Assembly: GCA_027001995.1 (NCBI GenBank)
Contig: JALTLO010000043.1
Span: forward strand, 1 to 62,895
Origin: Planctomycetota bacterium
GTDB lineage: Bacteria; Planctomycetota; GCA-002687715; DRQF01
Length of the DNA: 62,895 nt
Direction of reading: 5' to 3'
The first letter of the stretch is position 1, and every line of letters starts with the position of its first letter. A program made the position numbers and the translations under genes. Of the stretch, positions 28,563 to 37,977 are shown piece by piece. The notes beneath the pieces were generated by a model, which worked only from the letters and a program-made list of their open reading frames with translations, searched no databases and was not told the origin of the DNA.

Positions 28563-31500
28563 ATGAAGAATCCGGTGAACAACTTTGATCAAGAGGAACT
28601 CGTCAAGCGTTGCCGAGACTTGAGAGGTTTGGTTCGCTCCTTGGTGTGTGACGCAGACCGGGCTGCAGACATAGAGCAGCGTGTGTGGCTCAAGGCTCTT
28701 CAAGCGTCCGGAACTCCCATTCATGCGTGGAGGTCATGGTGCAGAACCGTGACTCTGAATCTGATTCGCGGAGATGCTCGAAAGAAATCGAGCAATATCT
28801 TGGAACCGATGGCAGAGGATGTCGTGTCGACGGTGAATACGCCGGAGCAGATTCTTGCTTAGCTTCAAGTTCACAGTCAACTGAGCGAGGCCCTTCAAGA
28901 GCTGAAGGAACCTTACCAAACCGTCATCGTGTTGCGATTCTTGTCGGAGTTGGCTCCTCAGGCGATCGCTAAACAAGCGGGAATTCCTTCATCGACGGTG
29001 CCTAGCCGAATCGCACGTGGGCTGGCTCTGCTGCGAGCCGCCATGGACGAGAAGTCGTCTGGCTCTCGCCGTGCCTGGACAGCTTCCTTGGCTGGGCTCG
29101 TTGGCCTATCAACTCAATTCCATGGCTCTCCAGTTGTGACTCACGGGCCGAAGCTCGCCGTGTCCCAAGGGGTCATTCAATTCTTGTGCGGAGTTTTGCT
29201 CATGAAGAAGACAGCAATATCAGTGGTTTTCGTCTTGTGTCTGGTGGGCGGTCTCTGGACTCAGTTGGATTGGCAAAGCTCTTCGATGGAGCTCGAATCT
29301 GATGCCATGAAGATCCCTGCTCCTTCCGAATCACCTCGCCGACATGACCAACAACGGGGCCCACTTGAAACGGACCAGGTGGCCGATGGCCCCGGAAAGA
29401 TGTTGGCAAGGAGTGACGCTTCCCAAGATCAAGATGATCTCCTGCGCCTTCAAGGAAAGGTCTTGGAGGCCGATCGGACCCCGGTTCCCAACGTGATCCT
29501 CCTTTTGCGGCCGATCGTGGACGGTCTTTGTCTCCCTGTTTCCCTCGATGATTTAGGAGATGAAGAAGATGGCAATCTCCTCATGCGGACAATATCCGCA
29601 GCGGATGGTTCATTTTCCTTTGAAGTCGAAGGTGGTGGGACATTCGAGTGCTTCGCTTACGCTTTCGGGTTTCGCCCTCAGCGTCAAGAAATCGTGGTTC
29701 AGCCTGGGGACTCTCTTGGTGTTGCAATCAATTTGGTGCTTGAACCACTGGGGATAGATACCTGCATTGTCCTTGACGAGAAAGGGCTACCAGTCCCTTT
29801 TGTTCCGGTGCGTATTCAGTTGAGCACGCGGCAGGATTGGGAGCAAATCCCTCAATACATCGAGTTTTGTCTAACCAGTGATTCGGAGGGAACTTTTCAG
29901 GTTGCGAAGTTTCCGAGTTCTGCCCATAGCCAGAATGCTCCGGCCGTAGTCGTCGTCCGTCTGGAACACCCAAGATTCTCCCGTTTGACCTTCAAGGATA
30001 TTGGTAAGTTACCCCGAGACAATGCCGGTCGTATCGTTCTCCGGCTCGAACCTGGAAGGCAAGTCAGCATTCAGTTTAAGGATGTGGCAACCGCGAATCG
30101 ATTGCCCCACATGCCCTTCAAGATGAAATCCCTCTTTGGCACCTGGACAGCCAAAGGGGTGACGGATGAAAACGGGCGCGCCACCCTGACTCACGTTCCT
30201 TCGACACACATGGTCCAGCTCTTGATGCTCTCAAAGACCTGGACTTTGGCGGGAGATAGAGTCAACGCTGGACTACCAACACGTATCTTACGTTTCTCGC
30301 CGGACCAAAATGAAGACCTGACAATTTCAGTTTTCAAGTCGAAGACCGGGTTTGGGCGTGTTGTGGAAGCTGATAGCGGGCGACCGGTTGAAGGGGTTGA
30401 GGTGCATGTGGCGCCACTTGGAATCTACGAACATGATTTGCTGCTTGTTCGCTCTCAGACAGCAGTCACGGACGAGAACGGCGCGTTTAATTTGATCGCC
30501 CTCCCTTCCTCCAAGATGCGGATCTCGATTCGCTCGCAAGAATGGCAACTGGCCGAACTGGGCCTTGGAGGAACTGGCCATTCCGTCGTTGAATTCAACT
30601 TTCATGACGACAATTCGAGGAATAACCAGGTGCTGGTTTCCCGTTCAGCCTCCGTTGAAGGAGTGGTCCGAGATACCCAGGGAAATTGTGTCTCCGGAGC
30701 CCGGGTCAGTTTCACAAGGCCGGGGAAACAAGAGTCGGCCATGAGAGTGCAGACTCCTCCCGTGGCGATTTCTGACGCCGACGGGAAGTTTCACCTCCAG
30801 GGAATACCCACGGGCCAAAAGGTGTACTTTGTGGTTCGTCATGTTGACTACGCCATGGCCCAGAAGGTGCGGACGCTCAGCCCAGGGGAGACACAGGCGC
30901 ATGTCGACTTTGTCGTCTCCATGGGGGCAACCATCAAAGTGAAGTTGATCGACGGGGATGGGCAGCCTGTATCTGGCGCGATGATTCAGGTTGCGCATGG
31001 TGGTAGCCTGGAGGAGATTCCTCGGGTCAACGGCAACTCCTTGATCAGCACAGCGATTACCACCGAAGACGGCGTAGCTACCTTCCGGCGTCTATCTGTG
31101 GGGCCTACGACTATTTTCTTCAAAGACTCTAATCCGACAGCTAAGCGTTTTTCCAACGGCAACCCGACGGACGTGAATGCTCAGATCGAGATCAAAAAAG
31201 GTGAGCATAGAATCCTGGTGAAGCTTGGCCCCCACCGGTATGTGCGAGGCTTGGCTCGACGAAGCAATGGTCGGCCGAATCCAAATGCTATGCTGACCTT
31301 TAGAGCAGAGGGAAAAGTTGGCAAGAACTTTGAGAGAACTATCCGTACAGATCTCACCGGGCAATTCTCATTTGAAGCGCGTCTCGCACCTAAGACTGTC
31401 GCAGCCGGGTCATCCACTTTTACTATGAAGTTTGGAAGACAGGCAGAGAAAGGTGAAATAGGATGGAGCTATGAACTTGTGGGTGCCACAGCTTCGGAAC

Positions 31501-31610
31501 AAAAGCAACCCAGTCGCGTTGAACGTGGGGACACCATGACCTTGACGGTGATTCGCAGTCCAAGAGCCTACCCGCGATCTGAGCTTTGGGAATTCGTCTT
31601 CGCGGATTGA
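28563..31610 (+). pseudogene. ECF sigma factor fused to TM + carboxypeptidase-regulatory-like repeats, interrupted by an in-frame TAG at 28860-28862
   Basis: ORFs 28563..28862 and 28929..31610 are in the same frame. Reading through gives region 2 ...TPEQILA*LQVHSQLSEALQELKEPYQTVIVLRF... region 4, colinear with the intact paralogue at 56710..59199. Confidence 0.8.
29202..31610 (+). CDS. Possible independently translated 802-aa extracytoplasmic beta-sandwich repeat protein (3' part of the broken ECF fusion)
   Basis: GGAG at 29190-29193, 8 nt before the in-frame ATG 29202; MKK plus hydrophobic signal/anchor; no further stops; repeats such as LQGKVLEADRTPV, VEGVVRDTQGNCVSGA, SDADGKF. Confidence 0.55.
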   Translation: MKKTAISVVFVLCLVGGLWTQLDWQSSSMELESDAMKIPAPSESPRRHDQQRGPLETDQVADGPGKMLARSDASQDQDDLLRLQGKVLEADRTPVPNVILLLRPIVDGLCLPVSLDDLGDEEDGNLLMRTISAADGSFSFEVEGGGTFECFAYAFGFRPQRQEIVVQPGDSLGVAINLVLEPLGIDTCIVLDEKGLPVPFVPVRIQLSTRQDWEQIPQYIEFCLTSDSEGTFQVAKFPSSAHSQNAPAVVVVRLEHPRFSRLTFKDIGKLPRDNAGRIVLRLEPGRQVSIQFKDVATANRLPHMPFKMKSLFGTWTAKGVTDENGRATLTHVPSTHMVQLLMLSKTWTLAGDRVNAGLPTRILRFSPDQNEDLTISVFKSKTGFGRVVEADSGRPVEGVEVHVAPLGIYEHDLLLVRSQTAVTDENGAFNLIALPSSKMRISIRSQEWQLAELGLGGTGHSVVEFNFHDDNSRNNQVLVSRSASVEGVVRDTQGNCVSGARVSFTRPGKQESAMRVQTPPVAISDADGKFHLQGIPTGQKVYFVVRHVDYAMAQKVRTLSPGETQAHVDFVVSMGATIKVKLIDGDGQPVSGAMIQVAHGGSLEEIPRVNGNSLISTAITTEDGVATFRRLSVGPTTIFFKDSNPTAKRFSNGNPTDVNAQIEIKKGEHRILVKLGPHRYVRGLARRSNGRPNPNAMLTFRAEGKVGKNFERTIRTDLTGQFSFEARLAPKTVAAGSSTFTMKFGRQAEKGEIGWSYELVGATASEQKQPSRVERGDTMTLTVIRSPRAYPRSELWEFVFAD

Positions 31611-31641
31611 CTCGCACTTGGGACTTTAGGCAGCTCTCTTG

Positions 31642-32250
31642 CTACTTGTCGTGAACGCCGCTTTTGTCTTTGCCTTCAAGGACAGCTTTGAGTTTTCGAT
31701 AGAGTCCTTCGTTCGCCGGGATGAAGAACTTCAGGAGTTTCTCATAAACCGGTGAGCTACCGTAGCCAACGCCGTAGGACACGAGATGGGTTCTTTTCGG
31801 ACTGACAGGGTCAAAAACGAGGATATTCATGAGATTCTTATGGTCTTCTTTCATGACTTCTGGCCAGTTTTTGTGAAGATCCGCTTGGAGGGTCAAGATC
31901 CGTTCTGGGACGTAATTCAGAATGTGCAGCGTGTTTGTTCCGGGATCGCCAATTTTCGCTTTCGGTTTGTAGTGACTGAGAATCGTGCCTCCCGCTTTGA
32001 GTTCGATTTTCGCCAAGGGTGAAGCCCAGCTCATCCAACCTTTGTCGGTGGTGAACGCTGCCCAAACCTTCGCGATGGGTGCATCAATCCAAATGTCCTG
32101 AACTAAGGTGCGTTCACCGACCTTCGTAACGATGATCCGACTGGAAATGGGCACTTTTTGGGGCTTGCCTTCAGGTTCGGTTTGAGGGGTGGAGGACGTG
32201 GTATCGATGAGGCCACAAACGACAAGAAGGGCGACGATAGAAAACTTCAT
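31642..32250 (-). CDS. SRPBCC (Aha1/START-like) domain protein with signal peptide
   Basis: IWIDAPIAKVWAAFTT...W...IELKAGG and ILNYVPERILT; MKFSIVALLVVCG leader from ATG 32250. Confidence 0.8.
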   Translation of the reverse strand: MKFSIVALLVVCGLIDTTSSTPQTEPEGKPQKVPISSRIIVTKVGERTLVQDIWIDAPIAKVWAAFTTDKGWMSWASPLAKIELKAGGTILSHYKPKAKIGDPGTNTLHILNYVPERILTLQADLHKNWPEVMKEDHKNLMNILVFDPVSPKRTHLVSYGVGYGSSPVYEKLLKFFIPANEGLYRKLKAVLEGKDKSGVHDK

Positions 32251-32307
32251 GATGTAGTGTCCGGTCAAGAGGGGGTTGAGTTCAGCTTATTGAAGAACGT
32301 TGATGAA

Positions 32308-32344
32308 GACCCCCAAGCTGACAAATGGGTGGAGCTTGGGAGTC
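32308..32344 (-). terminator. 12-bp stem-loop just after the selenoprotein stop (weak terminator or mRNA-stabilising hairpin)
   Basis: Minus strand GACTCCCAAGCT-13 nt-AGCTTGGGGGTC; no clear U tract. Confidence 0.4.
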
Positions 32345-32362
32345 ATGTGGTTCAGTCGAAGA

Positions 32363-33385
32363 CTATTTCTTTTTTGCGGCTTCAGCGGCAACTACCAAGG
32401 CATCGATGGCCTTTTCTAGCTCTTCACCCCGCAGATCTTTGTGACGGATGACGCCGAGGTGATCCAAAACGTAGATCGTCGGCCAACCCCGGACACCCCA
32501 ACTGGTGGCTATGGGCCCTCCGATGACGCCGCCATCAAAGAAAGAGCGCCAGGTGATCCTTTCTTTCTTGACGACCTCCTTGAGCTCCGATCTTGAGTCG
32601 TCACTGTTGACACCGATAATTGCGAATGGACGATTTGCGAGTTTTTTGACGAGCGACCGCTCGTGTGGGTACATGCCCCGGCAAGGACCTCACCAATTTC
32701 CCCAGAAATCCAAAAGCACAACTTTGCCTCGGTAGTCACTGAGCTTGAAGGCTGTGCCATCCACATCACTTCCTTCGATGTCAGGTGCTGTTTGGCCGAT
32801 CTTGAGCTTTGCTCTGTCGTGAGGATTCATCAGGGCTGAGGCGATTGCTCCGTAGGTGGAGGCATTCCATGAAACCTTGCCAAACTTCTTTTTTAGCTCT
32901 TCGAGAGTTGAACGCTTGGCGTCGCCATTTTGCGAATAGGATTCTCCCAAGAGCATGGCGGCGCGAACCGAACTATGGGGTGAGATCTTACGAATCCTTC
33001 GGAAGTAGCTGAGGCGCTGATCTTTGGGCAGGACGTATTTTGCTGCGGCGATCTCATCGAGCAATTTCGATTTTGGATAGGTTTCGATGATGTGGTCGAC
33101 GATGGAGACAGCAGTTGACTCCATCTTGTTCTCTTGGCGAAGCCACCATGAGTTCTTGAACAGCCATAGGTGAGCTTTAAGTCCGTCTTCGCTTCCTTCG
33201 TGAGTTTTGGCGAATGATTCGAAACGTGGTTTGAACGTTTTGTATTTCTTGATGCGACTTTCTTTGCTGGCTGCGTAGTCTTTGAGGAGAGCACTTAAAC
33301 TCTTGTCTGCGACGTCTTGGGCAGACACATGAAAGCTCAGCATGAGAGCTGCAAGGGGGACTAAGAGAAAATAGGACCGTTTCAT
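32363..33385 (-). CDS. Periplasmic TlpA/ResA-like thiol-disulfide oxidoreductase selenoprotein, 340 aa, Sec232 in a UxxC motif
   Basis: ORFs 32690..33490 and 32363..32674 are in frame. Joined text LSDYRGKVVLLDFWGNW-TGA-GPCRGMYPHERSLV...IIGVNSD...WGVRGWPTIYVLD is a complete Trx fold with TGA (32690-32692) at the first Cys of CxxC. Signal peptide from ATG 33385. Confidence 0.92.
32635..32689 (-). promoter_or_regulatory. Bacterial SECIS-like element
   Basis: Perfect stem ACGAGC/GCUCGU with GGUC apical loop (32649-32664); the loop starts 31 nt after the UGA. Possible lower stem UUGC(C)GGG/CUCGCAA. Confidence 0.75.
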
Positions 33386-33474
33386 GGTGGACACCTTCGA
33401 TTTGAGAATTTTCGAACTGGCCGAGCCCCTAGTCTGCATCAGGGGCAGATTCAGCGCAAGAAGTATGTTTGACC

Positions 33475-33567
33475 AGCCCGCCTTGTTCATGAGATTGTGG
33501 TCATTGTGATAGTAAGTCGGCTCAATGGCCTTTACACAACCGCCGTGGACTCATGAACAAGGGGGCT
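33475..33567. repeat. Long imperfect inverted repeat in the divergent selenoprotein/pstS intergenic region
   Basis: CCTTGTTCATGAG (33481-33493) and CTCATGAACAAGG (33550-33562) are exact complements, extended outward by AGCCC/GGGCT and inward by G-U-rich pairing on the + strand. Confidence 0.75.
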
Positions 33568-33702
33568 TCCCGAGCTCTTCACAGTGTTTCAATCGTTCAC
33601 GGGAAATTTACCTTATGCACAAGAAACTTCATGAGAATCTATTTGTCAGATCAGAACAGAAAGACAAATGAAAGACCGGTTGAACCCGGTGAGGAGACTT
33701 AA

Positions 33703-34626
33703 ATGAAGAACTTGGCTTCTTTCGCCATCTGTGTTTTGTTGGCTTCTTGCGGCGCCTCCGCAGACAAGGTCACCGTGAAGATCGATGGTTCCAGTACTGT
33801 TTTTCCGATTACTGAAGCAGTTGCCGTCGAATTCCAAAGAGAACACAAAGACGTGCGAGTGACGATTGGCGTGTCGGGGACGGGTGGAGGTTTCAAGAAA
33901 TTCTGTGTTGGGGACACGGATATCAACGATGCCTCTCGTATGATCAAGGACAAAGAGATCAAGAAAGCCAAGGAGCATGGGGTCGGTTTCATCGAAATGC
34001 CCATAGCTTACGACGGCCTCAGCGTGGTCATCAACAAGGACAATAACTTCGTTGACTTTTTGACCGTAGAAGAGTTGAGCAAGATTTGGAAAGTGGGAAG
34101 TCAAGTCCGCACTTGGAAGGATGTCCGTTCGACCTGGCCCGATGTCGAAATGAAACTCTTCGGCCCAGGGGTCGACTCGGGAACATTCGATTATTTCACC
34201 GAAGTGATCAACGGTAAACCGGGTGCTTGTCGCAGTGACTTTACCATGAGTGAGGACGACAACGTCTTGGTGAGAGGCATCGCTGGCGACAAGAATGCTC
34301 TTGGCTTCTTCGGTTATGCCTATTACGTCGAGAATCGTGATTCTCTTCGAGTTGTTCCCATTGACAATGGTGCTGGGCCGATCACGCCAACCATGGAAAC
34401 CATCAACAAGGGTACCTACGCACCTTTGTCTCGTCCTATCTTCATCTACGTCTCCGAAGCTGAATCCGATCGTACAGAGGTCAAGAACTTTGTTCACTTT
34501 TATCTGGACCATGCGCCTGAACTGGTCAAGGCCGTGGGATATGTCCCTCTTCCTGACAGTGTCTATGTTAGGGACCGCAAGCGATTTGATGACAAAGTCA
34601 CAGGACGCGCCACGACTGGAGGCTGA
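33703..34626 (+). CDS. pstS: Phosphate ABC transporter substrate-binding lipoprotein
   Basis: GAGGAG RBS, lipobox [44 protein letters not shown]. Confidence 0.96.
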   Translation: MKNLASFAICVLLASCGASADKVTVKIDGSSTVFPITEAVAVEFQREHKDVRVTIGVSGTGGGFKKFCVGDTDINDASRMIKDKEIKKAKEHGVGFIEMPIAYDGLSVVINKDNNFVDFLTVEELSKIWKVGSQVRTWKDVRSTWPDVEMKLFGPGVDSGTFDYFTEVINGKPGACRSDFTMSEDDNVLVRGIAGDKNALGFFGYAYYVENRDSLRVVPIDNGAGPITPTMETINKGTYAPLSRPIFIYVSEAESDRTEVKNFVHFYLDHAPELVKAVGYVPLPDSVYVRDRKRFDDKVTGRATTGG

Positions 34627-34672
34627 GTTTTGGCTACGCAAAATGACCATGTCATGAATAGGTTGAGCTGAA

Positions 34673-35572
34673 TTGAATATTCTTGCCCAAAAGAAGTCAC
34701 GGTGGTTGGAAGGAGGAATCCACGGGTTCCTTTTCTTCTGCGCCTTCCTTTCGATCCTCACGACAGTCACCATCGTTGTGTCCTTGGTCTGGGAATCGAT
34801 TCCTTTCTTTTTTGAGGTTGCGCCCCTCGATTTCTTGCTCGGTACGACTTGGCAACCTCTCATCGTACCTCGAGAATATGGTGTCTTACCTCTAGTCGTG
34901 GGGACTTTGCAGATTGTCGTTGGATCGGCTTTGGTGGCCATCCCCATTGGTGTTTGCTGCGCCATCTACCTCAGTGAATACGCTTCTCCACGGATGAGGA
35001 AGATTGTCAAACCGACCTTGGAAGTGTTGGCCGGTATTCCGACGATTGTCTATGGCTATTTCGCATTGACGGCCATCACGCCCGTGCTCAAGTCGATCTA
35101 TAGTGGTACCGAAACCTACAATGCAGCCAGTGCCTCCATTGTCGTCGGGATCATGATTCTCCCCATGATTGCATCTCTCTGTGACGATGCTCTCCGCGCC
35201 GTGCCAGGTTCCCTTCGGCAAGGTGCCATGGCTCTGGGTGCTACTCGATTTGAGGCTCTCACAAGAGTCATATTCCCCGCCGCCCTATCGGGCATCACGG
35301 CGTCCTTTGTTCTGGCGTTCTCTCGGGCCGTGGGGGAAACAATGGCCGTATCCATTGCTGCGGGGGCCACACCCTCCATGAGTTTCTTGCCCACGGAATC
35401 GATCCAGACGATGACCGCTTTTATTGTTCAAGTCTCCATGGGAGACACACCCCGCGGGACTCCTGAGTATCACGCCATTTTTGCTGTGGGTATGCTCCTC
35501 TTCCTTATTACTTTGGGCATCAACATGGTGGCCCACCGCGTGTTGCGCAAGTATCGGGAGGTCTACGAATGA
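34673..35572 (+). CDS. pstC: Phosphate ABC transporter permease
   Basis: AIYLSEYA, EVLAGIPTIVYGYF, SRAVGETMAV. Confidence 0.96.
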   Translation: MNILAQKKSRWLEGGIHGFLFFCAFLSILTTVTIVVSLVWESIPFFFEVAPLDFLLGTTWQPLIVPREYGVLPLVVGTLQIVVGSALVAIPIGVCCAIYLSEYASPRMRKIVKPTLEVLAGIPTIVYGYFALTAITPVLKSIYSGTETYNAASASIVVGIMILPMIASLCDDALRAVPGSLRQGAMALGATRFEALTRVIFPAALSGITASFVLAFSRAVGETMAVSIAAGATPSMSFLPTESIQTMTAFIVQVSMGDTPRGTPEYHAIFAVGMLLFLITLGINMVAHRVLRKYREVYE

Positions 35573-36444
35573 GCTGGCTTGATACGGCGAACCTCAATCT
35601 GCGGAAGAGAAGACGACGGGCTCTCTACTTCAAGTCGATTTGCTCTCTATTCACTTGGTCGTGCTTCGTTCTTCTGGCGGTCTTGCTGGTTCATGTTGGA
35701 CATAAGGGTGTTGGTCTCATTGATGTTGATTTTCTTCGCAATGCGCCATCGTGGCGACCTGAAGACTGCGGTATCTGGCCAGCCATTGCTGGCTCTCTGT
35801 GGATGATGGGATTGACAGCTTTGATTTCCATTCCATGCGGCGTCTCGGCAGCCCTCTATTTGGAAGAGTTTGCTCCCAAGAATCGCTGGGCTCATCTTAT
35901 TGATGTCAACATTTCGAACCTTGCGGGGGTCCCTTCTATTGTCTACGGAATCCTAGGGGCTACAGTCTTCGTACGATTCCTTGCCTTGGAGCAGAGTGTT
36001 CTTGCCGGTTCCTTGACCATGTCACTGCTGGTGCTACCGGTGATCATCATCGCTTCTCGAGAGGCGATTCGTGCCGTACCGTCCACGATCCGCCATGCCG
36101 CCCTAGCGCTGGGAGCGACTCCCTGGCAAACGGTTGTTCATCATGTTCTACCCACAGCTCTAGCGGGGATCTTGACTGGAGTTATTCTGGCACTGTCTCG
36201 AGCTATCGGGGAGACGGCGCCTCTCATCACTATTGGTGCTGTTGCCTACATCAGCGATGCTCCCGCTGGACCCATGGATTCATTCACTGTCTTGCCATTG
36301 CAAATTTATAGCTGGACCACGAAGGCACAATCGGAATTTCAAGATCTGGCAGCCGGGGGCATTGTGGCTTTGCTTGTCTTTCTTGTGATCATGAATGGAA
36401 TTGCAGTCTGGATTCGGCATCGTGCTGAAGGAAATGCAAATTGA
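35569..36444 (+). CDS. pstA: Phosphate ABC transporter permease
   Basis: [28 protein letters not shown] overlap with pstC. Confidence 0.96.
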   Translation: MSWLDTANLNLRKRRRRALYFKSICSLFTWSCFVLLAVLLVHVGHKGVGLIDVDFLRNAPSWRPEDCGIWPAIAGSLWMMGLTALISIPCGVSAALYLEEFAPKNRWAHLIDVNISNLAGVPSIVYGILGATVFVRFLALEQSVLAGSLTMSLLVLPVIIIASREAIRAVPSTIRHAALALGATPWQTVVHHVLPTALAGILTGVILALSRAIGETAPLITIGAVAYISDAPAGPMDSFTVLPLQIYSWTTKAQSEFQDLAAGGIVALLVFLVIMNGIAVWIRHRAEGNAN

Positions 36445-37265
36445 CTCAAATGAAAATACAACCGAATAAGTTCAACCAAGGAAGTGAGCCTGAAAAGGAA
36501 GCCCCAGATCCGCGGCAAGACTCGGCCCTTTCTGCCGAGCATGTCACCATTCGTTACGGGAACACTGTTGCTGTTGACGACGTGGGTCTCGCTTTTGCCG
36601 CCAATCAAATCACCGCCATTATTGGTCCGTCGGGTTGTGGTAAGAGCACTTTTCTTCGCGCCTTCAATCGTATGAACGATTTCATTCCCAGTGCGAGCTT
36701 GGAGGGGGCTATTCGCTTCCAGGGCATCGACATCTATGATCCTGCGGTCGACCCCGTGGAGGTTCGTTTGCGCATTGGTATGGTCTTTCAGAAGCCAAAC
36801 CCGTTTCCCAAGACGATCTACAAGAACGTTGCTTGGGGCCCACAAATTAACGGCTTCAAAGGTGACCTTGACGAGCTGGTGGAAAACTCCCTTCGTTCCG
36901 CTGCGATTTGGGACGAGGTTAAGGATCGCCTCCACAAGTCAGCTTTGGGACTGTCTGGCGGTCAGCAACAAAGGTTGTGCATCGCCAGGACCCTTGCCAT
37001 GCAATCGGAAGTAATTCTCATGGACGAACCCTGCTCGGCCCTCGATCCTCTGTCCACTGGGCGTGTGGAGGATCTGATGCTTGAGCTGAAGCAGAATCAC
37101 ACTTTTGTCATTGTGACTCACAACATGCAACAGGCTTCCCGAGCTTCGGACTACACGGCATTTATGGAAGCAGGCAAGTTGGTCGAGTTTGATCACACGG
37201 AAAAGATGTTCCAAAACCCATCTAATCAGCGAACCGAGGACTACGTCTCAGGACGATTCGGTTAG
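36441..37265 (+). CDS. pstB: Phosphate ABC transporter ATP-binding protein
   Basis: [42 protein letters not shown]-terminal SGRFG. Start is TTG 36441 or ATG 36450. Confidence 0.98.
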   Translation: MTQMKIQPNKFNQGSEPEKEAPDPRQDSALSAEHVTIRYGNTVAVDDVGLAFAANQITAIIGPSGCGKSTFLRAFNRMNDFIPSASLEGAIRFQGIDIYDPAVDPVEVRLRIGMVFQKPNPFPKTIYKNVAWGPQINGFKGDLDELVENSLRSAAIWDEVKDRLHKSALGLSGGQQQRLCIARTLAMQSEVILMDEPCSALDPLSTGRVEDLMLELKQNHTFVIVTHNMQQASRASDYTAFMEAGKLVEFDHTEKMFQNPSNQRTEDYVSGRFG

Positions 37266-37276
37266 GGAGAAACGAT

Positions 37277-37939
37277 ATGCCGCAGCATCTCATGAGAGAT
37301 TTTGAGTCGCTCAAAGCCCATCTTAACTTTATGGGCAAGATCGTGGAGGATGCGATTACCTCCGCTCTCAGTGCTTTGAAGAACCGAGACGATGCCTTGG
37401 CCCGCCAAGTTCAGGCTGGTGATGATCAAATCGACCGACTCGAAGTTAATTTAGAAGAAGAATGCCTTAAGGTTCTGGCGCTGCACCAGCCCGTCGCCAC
37501 TGACCTGCGTTTTGTTATTTCAGTTCTGAAAGTGAACAATGACCTGGAGAGGATGGGAGACTTAGCTGCCAGCATCGCTGGAAGGGCCCACTACTTGGCA
37601 ACCCATGAAGCCATGGAAGCTCCCGGTGACCTCATGCGCATGCAGTCGATTGTCAAGACCATGGTGGGGGAGAGCCTTCAGTCTTTGATCCAGCTCGACA
37701 CTTCCTTGGCTAACCATGTTCTTGAAGTCGACGATCAAGTCGATGAAATCCATGCCGCCATGTTCTCAAGCGTGGAGGAAGTGGGCCGCAAGAAACCCGA
37801 TTGTTTACGCCGAGCCATCCACTATTTGTCCGTATCCCGCTGCTTGGAACGCATTGCTGATCTGGCTACCAACATCGCTGAAGACGTCATTTTCTTGGTC
37901 AATGGCGAAGTGATTCGCCATCAACCAGAGGATCATTGA
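37277..37939 (+). CDS. phoU: Phosphate signalling protein PhoU
   Basis: HQPVATDLR, DLERMGDLA, LERIADLATNIAEDV. Confidence 0.97.
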   Translation: MPQHLMRDFESLKAHLNFMGKIVEDAITSALSALKNRDDALARQVQAGDDQIDRLEVNLEEECLKVLALHQPVATDLRFVISVLKVNNDLERMGDLAASIAGRAHYLATHEAMEAPGDLMRMQSIVKTMVGESLQSLIQLDTSLANHVLEVDDQVDEIHAAMFSSVEEVGRKKPDCLRRAIHYLSVSRCLERIADLATNIAEDVIFLVNGEVIRHQPEDH

Positions 37940-37977
37940 CACTTGACCGCGCCCAGATTTGCCAGTTCGAACGCTTA

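Noticed and set aside
28860..28862. Pyrrolysine at the ECF in-frame TAG
   Set aside because: Non-catalytic linker position (Ser in the paralogue), no pyl genes in the window, and nearby motif erosion favours a nonsense mutation or sequencing error.
33425..33451. Alternative or pseudoknot-like pairings (GCCCCT/AGGGGC versus TCTGC/GCAGA) upstream of the selenoprotein
   Set aside because: Stems are only 5-6 bp and match no riboswitch consensus I recognise.
33578..33632. Pho-box-like TTCAC/TTTAC/TTCAT words upstream of pstS
   Set aside because: Only one pair (33596/33607) has 11-bp spacing and the rest are out of phase. Plausible but not supportable by eye.
33646..34965. 439-aa minus-strand ORF, and similar shadow ORFs such as 42444..43271 + and 50016..50948 +
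   Set aside because: Antisense to well-conserved genes (pstS/pstC, MMPL, korA) with no protein motifs; typical codon-bias shadows.
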